Positions 43,200 to 53,412 of a stretch of 64,000 nt of DNA are shown here, one piece after another. The DNA is from Alistipes sp. Its GTDB lineage: Bacteria > Bacteroidota > Bacteroidia > Bacteroidales > Rikenellaceae. The stretch is from assembly GCF_020026455.1 (NCBI RefSeq), contig NZ_JAHHQJ010000014.1, positions 6,153 through 70,152 of the forward strand, in the 5' to 3' direction. The translations under genes and the position numbers were made by a program. A model generated the notes under the pieces. The model saw only the letters and a program-made list of their open reading frames with translations. It searched no databases and was not told the origin of the DNA. Numbering within the stretch: position 1 is the stretch's first letter; every line of letters begins with the position of its first letter.

Positions 43200-44228
43200 T
43201 CATTGATTTTTGTATACGCGGATGATTTTTTTCGAGAATCCGCTGTCCGATTCCTGAACCTGGGGTTGTTCCTCGAAACGAATCGGCGCGCTGATTTCCA
43301 GCAGGCGCAGGATCTGGTCGAAGGTCTCGCCCCGGAAGGTTGCGCGGTAGACGTAGTCGCCCAGTTCCGGGTCCATGAGTTCGAATTGCACCCGGTATAT
43401 CTGGCCCAGCCGGTTGAAAACCTCGTTCAGACTGTCGTCGCGGAAGGCGAGAATGCCGTCTTTCCACGAAATCTTCCGGAACGAGTCCGTATCGGTTATC
43501 CGCATCGTGCCATCGGTACGATAACTCAGCTGCTGTTCGGGCAGAAGTCGGTTTTCCTTGCCGCCTGCCGCAACGTCCACCTTGCCGCTGACCAGCGTCA
43601 CGACGATCTCACGGAGCATGTCGTAGGCGTTGATATTGAAAGCCGTGCCTTTGGCCGTGACGCTCAGGCCGCCGACTTCGACGATAAACGGTCGCTTTTC
43701 ATCGGCGTGAACTTCGAAATAGGCCTCTCCGGTCATCCGCACCGTGCGTTGCTCGCCGGGGCGGAAACTGGAGGGGTATTCGAGTGAACTTCCCGTGTTG
43801 ATCCATGCGCGCGAGCTGTCGGGCAGCACGATGCTTGTCATGGTTCCGTAGGGAGCCGTCACTTCGTGGACGGCAATAGCCTCTCCGCTGTGATCCGCCG
43901 CCTTCCACGCGAAGAACAGCGAGGCGGCCAGCAGCGGGAGGAACAGCACGGCGGCAATGCGGCGGAACCGGTCGGCGAATGTCGTCCGGGGCACAATCTG
44001 CCGCGGCGTTTGCGTGCGTTTTGCCAGCACTTTGCGCAGTGCTGCGTCGGTGTCGATCCGCTGGGGGTCGAAAGCCGGACGGGTCGCTTCCCACAGGTTT
44101 TTCAGCCGGAGGAATTCTTCGCGCAGCGTTTCCGACCGGTCCAGTTCGGCTCGGAGCTTTTCGCGTTCCTGTTCCGTGGCATCTCCTGCGAGGTATCTGG
44201 CTATTAGTATGTTTTGTTGTTCGTCCAT
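43200..44228 (-). CDS. fecR: FecR-family anti-sigma factor
   Basis: One TM helix; LPDSSRAWINTGSSLEYP; MTGEAYFEV; WKDGILAF. Confidence 0.93.
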   Translation of the reverse strand: MDEQQNILIARYLAGDATEQEREKLRAELDRSETLREEFLRLKNLWEATRPAFDPQRIDTDAALRKVLAKRTQTPRQIVPRTTFADRFRRIAAVLFLPLLAASLFFAWKAADHSGEAIAVHEVTAPYGTMTSIVLPDSSRAWINTGSSLEYPSSFRPGEQRTVRMTGEAYFEVHADEKRPFIVEVGGLSVTAKGTAFNINAYDMLREIVVTLVSGKVDVAAGGKENRLLPEQQLSYRTDGTMRITDTDSFRKISWKDGILAFRDDSLNEVFNRLGQIYRVQFELMDPELGDYVYRATFRGETFDQILRLLEISAPIRFEEQPQVQESDSGFSKKIIRVYKNQ

Positions 44229-44265
44229 GCGTCCTTGTGGTCTTGAAAATATACTCTGGTCTTAT

Positions 44266-44295
44266 ATATGACGGTTTGGCGGGGTTTTACCACAT
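44266..44295 (-). promoter_or_regulatory. Putative ECF-sigma promoter for fecR (ATGTGG-N16-CGTCATAT)
   Basis: Overlaps the last codons of the sigma gene; identical spacing to the other two copies. Confidence 0.6.
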
Positions 44296-44871
44296 GCCCG
44301 GGAGCAAAATAATGTATATTGCGAAATAGAATTCGCCCAGATAGATTCTGAGCAGATTCAGAGCATCGCCGATGCGCACTTCGACGGTCCGCACCGAGAC
44401 ATTCTGCCGTTCGGCTATTTCCCGGTACCTGAGGTTCTGAAAGCGGTTCATTTCGAAGCATTCTCTCATCTTTCGGGGCAGTTTCTCCAGTGCTTGCTGC
44501 AAATGGTCGTTCAGATCGGAGTAGAGGATATAGCGGGACGTATCGTGGTCGCCTAATACGCTTCTGCGGAGGGTTTCCTGCTGGTGTGCCGAGACGATTT
44601 TCCGGTGGCGGATCTCCTCGATGCAGCTGTTGCGCACGGCGCTCAGGAGGTAGGATTTCAGCGAAGTCTCGATCCGTATCCGGCTGCGATTGTCCCACAA
44701 CCTGAGAAAGATGGTCTGCACGATGTCCTCGCACACCTCCTGTTCGTGGAGGATCGTTCCTGCGAACAACACCAGGTCCTTGTAGTATTTCCGGAACAGA
44801 GTGGCAAACGCCTCGTCGCTGTCGGTGCCCATGTTGCACAACAACACACCGTCCTCGTTGATATCCGCCAT
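44287..44871 (-). CDS. ECF sigma-70 factor (Bacteroides expansion family type)
   Basis: EDIVQTIFLRLW, LKSYLLSAVRN, ALEKLP..RECF..LRYREIAE..NVSVRTVE. Confidence 0.94.
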   Translation of the reverse strand: MADINEDGVLLCNMGTDSDEAFATLFRKYYKDLVLFAGTILHEQEVCEDIVQTIFLRLWDNRSRIRIETSLKSYLLSAVRNSCIEEIRHRKIVSAHQQETLRRSVLGDHDTSRYILYSDLNDHLQQALEKLPRKMRECFEMNRFQNLRYREIAERQNVSVRTVEVRIGDALNLLRIYLGEFYFAIYIILLPGMW

Positions 44872-44969
44872 TTTGTGAGTTTGTTTCGTGTCTGCGCGTG
44901 GGCCGTATTGTCTGTCGGCCGCTCCGATTTGAATACAATATTACGCAAATTTTGCGAAAATAAAAATTT

Positions 44970-44999
44970 ATGTGGGTTTTTGCCGCCGGTTCGTCTTAT
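44970..44999 (+). promoter_or_regulatory. Putative ECF-sigma promoter for the rightward PUL arm (ATGTGG-N16-CGTCTTAT)
   Basis: Near-identical to the susC copy; 61 nt before the ATG at 45061. Confidence 0.7.
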
Positions 45000-45060
45000 A
45001 TGTGGATGGAGTTTTAAAAGGTTTTGAAAAACCGTTTAATTTTTAACTATTGACTGAATT

Positions 45061-46467
45061 ATGAAACGAAAACTGAGGAATATATGCAGGGTGTTTCCCC
45101 TTGTGCTCGTGGCGTTTTGCACCCTGATTTCCTGTAAGGACGAGGATGTTCCCGATGTGATGTGGCCCGAGTGGCCGGTCGTATCGGCTCCGGAGGTCGT
45201 CACGGCGACGCTCAAGCCCGCCGCCGGTTCCGGAGCGGAGGTTGTGGCCGGAAGCAGCGTGTGTTTTCGGGCGCACATCACCGATTCCGACAACGAAGTG
45301 CGCCGTGCGACGCTGACCGTGACGGTGGGCGGCAACGAGATTGTCTCCGAACAGTTCCGCCTGACGGGAAGCGCAGCCGATGTCGAACATACGTTCACGG
45401 TTCCGTTTGTCTCGGGTATGGACGGAGACGTTTATCCCGCGGTGAAGCTCGATGTGATCAATTCCCTCCACAAAACCGCTTCAGTGACGCTTCCCGAAGC
45501 GCAGAACGTACTGGTCAAACGTCCTGTCCTGGGCGACAAGGTCTACCTTGTGACCGGGGACGGCGATGTCTACGAACTGCCCCGCAGTGCCGGCAACCTC
45601 TATTCGAAGGAGGTCAAGGCGCCTTATTTCGAAACCTACAAGATCGCCGCAAAACTCACCGCCGACCGTAAGATCGACTACTCTTCGCCTGTCTGGGGCT
45701 TCGTCGACGGTCGGGTGGCGGTCGTCTCCGACGCTTCGGCGGCGGGGATTCCTTCCGGGATCCATCCGGCGGCGGTCATCAAGAAGATGAATTTCGATGC
45801 CGTCGGCTTCCGCACGGTGCTCGACCTGGCCGTGGTCTTCGGCGACACCGAGTTGCAACCCTCCTCCTGTAACGGCTACCAGGAGGCAACGCTTCCGCTC
45901 GCCTCCGGACAGACTTATACCGTCACGGGCATCGGCGATATCGCTACGGCGATCGATCCCAATTTCTTCGAGCCGGTTTCCGAATCGGAGGTGAAATTCC
46001 TGGGTCTCGACGGGGAGTATACGCTTTACTATAACCTTGCCCAATCGCGCCTTTATGTCGAGCAGCGGGGTGCGACCTATCCCGCAGCGCTGTGGATCTC
46101 GGGCATGGGTCTCGGTTTCCCGCAGCCGCCCTATTCGCTCGATATCGACTGGTCGGGCAACGGCTGGAACTGGTCGGTCGACGTTCACCAGCGTTCGTTC
46201 TGCAGGAAGACCGGCGACGGAGAGTTTGAAGCCCTGCTCTACCTTTCGTCCAACATCAACCTCAAGATTTTCCAGCAGTGCGGCTGGGGCGGTGAATTCC
46301 AGTCCTATAACTTCACCAAGTCTCCCGAAAATATCCTTGTCGACGGCATCGAGCCGAGCGACGGCCACAAGACGGGCGACTTTGCGACGGGGCCGGCCTT
46401 CACCGAAGGCGTCTATCTGCTCCGCCTGAATTTCAACCGGATGACGATCGAGATTATCCGCCGATAA
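45061..46467 (+). CDS. SusE/F-like surface lipoprotein (DUF5125-like)
   Basis: Lipobox LISC; Ig-like N-terminal part; ALWISGMG..P; NLKIFQQ.GWG; EGVYLLRLN. Confidence 0.7.
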   Translation: MKRKLRNICRVFPLVLVAFCTLISCKDEDVPDVMWPEWPVVSAPEVVTATLKPAAGSGAEVVAGSSVCFRAHITDSDNEVRRATLTVTVGGNEIVSEQFRLTGSAADVEHTFTVPFVSGMDGDVYPAVKLDVINSLHKTASVTLPEAQNVLVKRPVLGDKVYLVTGDGDVYELPRSAGNLYSKEVKAPYFETYKIAAKLTADRKIDYSSPVWGFVDGRVAVVSDASAAGIPSGIHPAAVIKKMNFDAVGFRTVLDLAVVFGDTELQPSSCNGYQEATLPLASGQTYTVTGIGDIATAIDPNFFEPVSESEVKFLGLDGEYTLYYNLAQSRLYVEQRGATYPAALWISGMGLGFPQPPYSLDIDWSGNGWNWSVDVHQRSFCRKTGDGEFEALLYLSSNINLKIFQQCGWGGEFQSYNFTKSPENILVDGIEPSDGHKTGDFATGPAFTEGVYLLRLNFNRMTIEIIRR

Positions 46468-46538
46468 CCGGCTTTTTTCTGAAACAGTCACGCGCAGGGC
46501 GGTTCTCGGTAGGACCGCCCTGTTTTAAGACCCAACCT

Positions 46539-49805
<3,267 letters not shown>

Positions 49806-50019
49806 AATACGCTGCTTGTGAGCTGCTCGAATGCAAGGCCGATTCTACCGGGGGCCATGTCGCGCAACGGATCATTCCCCGGCTTCATCCTTTGGGATCT
49901 GCTGCCTGAGCAAAGCAGCCTGCTCTACCAACCGGGGAAATAGCCGGAGGAGCCGATGATCGAACAATGCTTTCCGAAAATCGGTGCCGGACAGCTCTTT
50001 TGCACTCCTCATACCTCTA

Positions 50020-50038
50020 TTATTTAACATAATGAATA
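50020..50038 (+). repeat. Left arm of 19-bp inverted repeat (contains ATTTAACATAA)
   Basis: TTATTTAACATAATGAATA matches the reverse complement of 51587-51605 at 18/19. Confidence 0.7.
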
Positions 50039-50092
50039 TATTAATTCAATTACCTTTGTACTGTATTGATGTTGTATTGAGGCTAAAATCCT

Positions 50093-51497
50093 TTACAACT
50101 GTAACTGATCACAGTTAACTGGTCTATACGGATCTATTTTGTGGATCATCTAATCCAACAGATCATCACTCGGTATTATGAATGATCTATACAGATCGTT
50201 ACCCGCATGCACCCGCTTGTCGTCATGACCAAACTACTGGCCGCCCATCCCAAGCAAACCACGGCGTTCCGGTTCGGACGATGAAGATTTAAGCTCGACA
50301 TGCCGCTGTTTTGCCATAGGCAACGCACCGGCTTCAGACCCAACAAGCGACAATGCACCGGATTTCAACTTTTACCGCTCCCTCGGCTTTGCCTCGTGAC
50401 CTTCCTGCAATTGGAACCGGAGCACCCCGATTGAACCGAAGCATCCCGAGTCAAGGATGCTTTTCTGAAGGATGCTTTAAGTTCGCTTGTGGTGCCAGAC
50501 AAATGGATTACCGGATCTTCCCGTGCGTGCCATATTCACAAAAATATTTCGGACGATAGCTTTTAGCGCTTTGTCGGCGTGAAACTCTCGAAGGTGAGGT
50601 CGTCGTACAATATTACGATCCGCCGGATGGCGACATCTGTCCGTGTGCCGGGAAATGGAACCGTTGCCTGCGGAGTGGAATTTTCGGTCGCGGCTGCAGC
50701 CGGCTCCTGATGCGGTGGATTGATCCCTGTATTCCGCTCGGGACCGAACAGCCCTTCGGAGATCGATGCGCCGGATGCAAGGGTCGGTGCGGATTGTTCG
50801 GGCTTGCTGTCGCGATACATCTTGTCGGAGTCGAGCAGCAGCCAGTCGGGATTAATCCGCGGGAACCTCCGGAGAATCTTCTGGAGCAAATCGAATCCCG
50901 GTTTGTTTCGTCCGGCGAGAATATGGGAAATTCCCGCAGGATTGATTCCGAGCAGTTCCGCGAGCTGGCTCGGCTTCAATCCTTCGTTTTTCATCAGATC
51001 GAGCAATTTTTCCCTCATCAGCGCAATTTTTTACAAATATAAATGCTTTTCTTTTGTAAAACAAGAAAAATCTACATTTGTAAAATGTTAATAAGTGTCG
51101 ATAAAGTTTACAAGTGTAAATCAATTAATATGGTTAAATTTCTTCGATAGCTATTATATAAACTATTTATTTATATAAAATAGATTAAAATCCTTGTTTA
51201 TATGTAATTATAGTGTGTAATATCCTATGTATGCCCCTGCTGTCGACTATTACGTGTTTTGACCTCGTATTATTTAACTGATGCTTTATATGATTTATGT
51301 AAATAGCTGGTTATTAATACTTCTTTTTGATGTTATTCAATGGTTTGATCCTTGCGGGCTTGCCTCTGATCTGACATTTCCGCTCCTTGAGGTAGTTTGT
51401 TACAAGTGTAACTATTAACAGAGGCTACAAACAAATGTTTTTTACAAAAGTAATTACAGATGGAAATAAAACTCTTTTTGAGTGTTTACAAATGTAA
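50093..51497. promoter_or_regulatory. Array of TTACA-N2-TGTAA palindromes around the HTH gene
   Basis: Perfect at 50093, 51108, 51400, 51486; one mismatch at 51031, 51072, 51442, 51454. Confidence 0.75.
50563..51018 (-). CDS. XRE-family helix-turn-helix protein
   Basis: LKPSQLAELLGINPAGISHILAGRNKPGFDLLQKI..NPDWLL; low-complexity linker; C-terminal IRRIVILYDDLTFESF. Confidence 0.9.
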   Translation of the reverse strand: MREKLLDLMKNEGLKPSQLAELLGINPAGISHILAGRNKPGFDLLQKILRRFPRINPDWLLLDSDKMYRDSKPEQSAPTLASGASISEGLFGPERNTGINPPHQEPAAAATENSTPQATVPFPGTRTDVAIRRIVILYDDLTFESFTPTKR

Positions 51498-51586
51498 ATA
51501 CACTCCCCTATTTTATGCCTCCGGATGTATTTTCAAGCTATTTTCGAACCCTTTACCAGCTGTTTTGTTTACTTTTGCTGATTCCG

Positions 51587-51605
51587 TATTTATTATGTTA
51601 AATAA
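51587..51605 (+). repeat. Right arm of 19-bp inverted repeat (contains TTATGTTAAAT)
   Basis: TATTTATTATGTTAAATAA. Confidence 0.7.
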
Positions 51606-51676
51606 AAAGGCCGAATAGTGTTAATAACCCACTATCCGGCTTAAATACAGTTTGTTGTATAGTTGTGAACAGTCTT

Positions 51677-52063
51677 CTATTTCGAGAGTTTATCGGCGAT
51701 TTCGTGGAACTCTTCCGGCGTTAATTTGAGCTTTTCGCGGTGGAAATCCACGTCGTTTTCGCTCTGAATCGGGATCAGATGGATGTGTGCATGGGGTACT
51801 TCAAGGCCTAAAACGACAATTGCCACCCTTGCGCACGCTATTTCCCGTTTGATTTTGGCGGCGACCTCTTTGGCGAAAAGCATCATACCGGCCAGTGTTG
51901 TGTCGTCGAGATCGAAGATGTAATCCACCTCCTTTTTTGGGACGACCAGCGTATGGCCTTTTGTCAGTGGATTGATGTCGAGGAATGCGTAGTAGTCATC
52001 GTTTTCGGCTACTTTGTACGAGGGAATCTCCCCCGCAATGATACGTGAAAAAATGGTTGCCAT
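51677..52063 (-). CDS. HIT family nucleotide hydrolase
   Basis: TIFSRIIAGEIP, FLDINP..GHTLVVPK, VPHAHIHLIP histidine triad. Confidence 0.95.
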   Translation of the reverse strand: MATIFSRIIAGEIPSYKVAENDDYYAFLDINPLTKGHTLVVPKKEVDYIFDLDDTTLAGMMLFAKEVAAKIKREIACARVAIVVLGLEVPHAHIHLIPIQSENDVDFHREKLKLTPEEFHEIADKLSK

Positions 52064-52259
52064 ATCTTTTGTATTTAGGTTTTTCTTATCCTGCAATCCG
52101 ACGCCAGGGCCGTTTTCCTAATTTTCGCCGGCTTTTTCTGCCGCGATTCGTTTTGCGGATCGGTTTTCCGGTCCTCTGCGGCCCTGCGTTGCTGCGATCG
52201 GCTGCTGCTTCTGCTTTGGCCTGTCCGCTTCCGCAAGAAGCCCCTAAATCGCAAGCTCG

Positions 52260-52800
52260 GCCTGTACCGTGTGTTGTGCTACCGTGTCGCTGTGCGCCGT
52301 GTCGCTATGCTACCGTGCTTCCATACCTACCGTATGCCGTGCTGTCGTGCCGCCTGCGGGCCGTGTCGCTATGTTGCTGTGCTTCCTACCGCTATGCTAC
52401 CGAACTACCGTTCTATCAAGCTACCGTGCTGTCGTGCCGCCTGCCAGCATGCTACCCTGTTCGGGAGATGATGTTGCTGTATAACAGGTTGATTTACTGT
52501 CAGATACTTGCGTCTATTGCACATCCCGAGCCAGATTATTGGTATTTCAGCCAGCATTTCGCCTTGTCCGGATTCTGGGCGCCTGTCCAGCCAACCTGTC
52601 TGCCTGCTTGTTTATCGCGATCGGCCTGCCTGCTGGTGTCAGCCGACTTGCCCATCTACCAACCTGACAACCAGCTTGCTTGCCTTGTCGTCAGCCTGCC
52701 TGTTTATCGGCCTGTTTACCTGCCTGTTTGTCAGTCGGTTGCCAGTTGACCGCCCTCCATCCTATCTGTCGGCCTATCCCCCTGTCAGCCTCCTACCAAC
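52260..52800. repeat. Intergenic low-complexity degenerate repeat tract
   Basis: Recurrent CTACCGTG, GCTGTCGTGCCGCCTGC and CCTGTTT units. Confidence 0.65.
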
Positions 52801-52919
52801 CTCTTGCTGGCCTCCTGCCGGCCTGATCCCTTGGGGCTCATGCCCGCAGTAAAGGAGTTTCCCGAACTGGGGAACTGGAGTTTTAAGGGCCCTTGCTGGC
52901 CCCCCCCCCGGACTTGGTT

Positions 52920-53408
52920 TTAAAGATGCTCCCCGAACTTGGGTTTCAGAATTTCCGAGTAGATAATCGCCTGCCGGAGGTTGAATTCTTCGGCCTGGAA
53001 TGCCGTTGCCGTCTCCTGCTCGTTGTTTGTGAGGGAATGCGCGGCGATTTCGTCATTTCCGCCGTCATCCATGGCGCTGTTGATGCTCTGATGGCGCAGA
53101 AACCCTGTATGCCCAGAATGTCCCGTATGCCCCGTTCCGACGGCTTTCGGCATTGCCTGCTCCGGCATGTATTCCTCGGCGGGAATCTCCTCCAGACTCT
53201 GGCATTCGTCCGGAAAAACGGGCGCAACGGGCCTGAGCACAGGGGGCGGAGCCGCTTCGGATGCCGGATGTTCCTGTGCGGGCCATGCTTCTTCGTGTCC
53301 GGGAGTTCGGGCGCCTTTTCCGCGGGCCTTGCGCGATTGCGCCACGACGTTGAATATCATCGCTCCGACGATGATCACGGTCCATATTACCGATGCAAAA
53401 TCATCCAT
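52920..53408 (-). CDS. Hypothetical protein with N-terminal membrane anchor
   Basis: Hydrophobic N-terminus; C-terminal FNLRQAIIYSEILKPKF; starts 4 nt after the relA stop. Confidence 0.75.
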   Translation of the reverse strand: MDDFASVIWTVIIVGAMIFNVVAQSRKARGKGARTPGHEEAWPAQEHPASEAAPPPVLRPVAPVFPDECQSLEEIPAEEYMPEQAMPKAVGTGHTGHSGHTGFLRHQSINSAMDDGGNDEIAAHSLTNNEQETATAFQAEEFNLRQAIIYSEILKPKFGEHL

Positions 53409-53412
53409 GTCT

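Noticed and set aside
42986-45024. Direct similarity GTGGATGGA...AAAAGGTTTT at about 42987 and 45002 flanking fecR-sigma
   Set aside because: Short, gapped and AT-rich; no recombinase or target-site evidence, so not called a mobile cassette boundary
51576-51603. Calling either TTATGTTAAAT site a canonical dif
   Set aside because: The XerC-side arm does not match GGTGCGCATAA-like consensus at either site; kept only as an unexplained inverted repeat
52045-52749. 234-aa ORF across the low-complexity tract
   Set aside because: Cys/Leu/Pro/Tyr-rich composition mirrors the DNA repeats; no domain, and the start overlaps the HIT gene on the opposite strand
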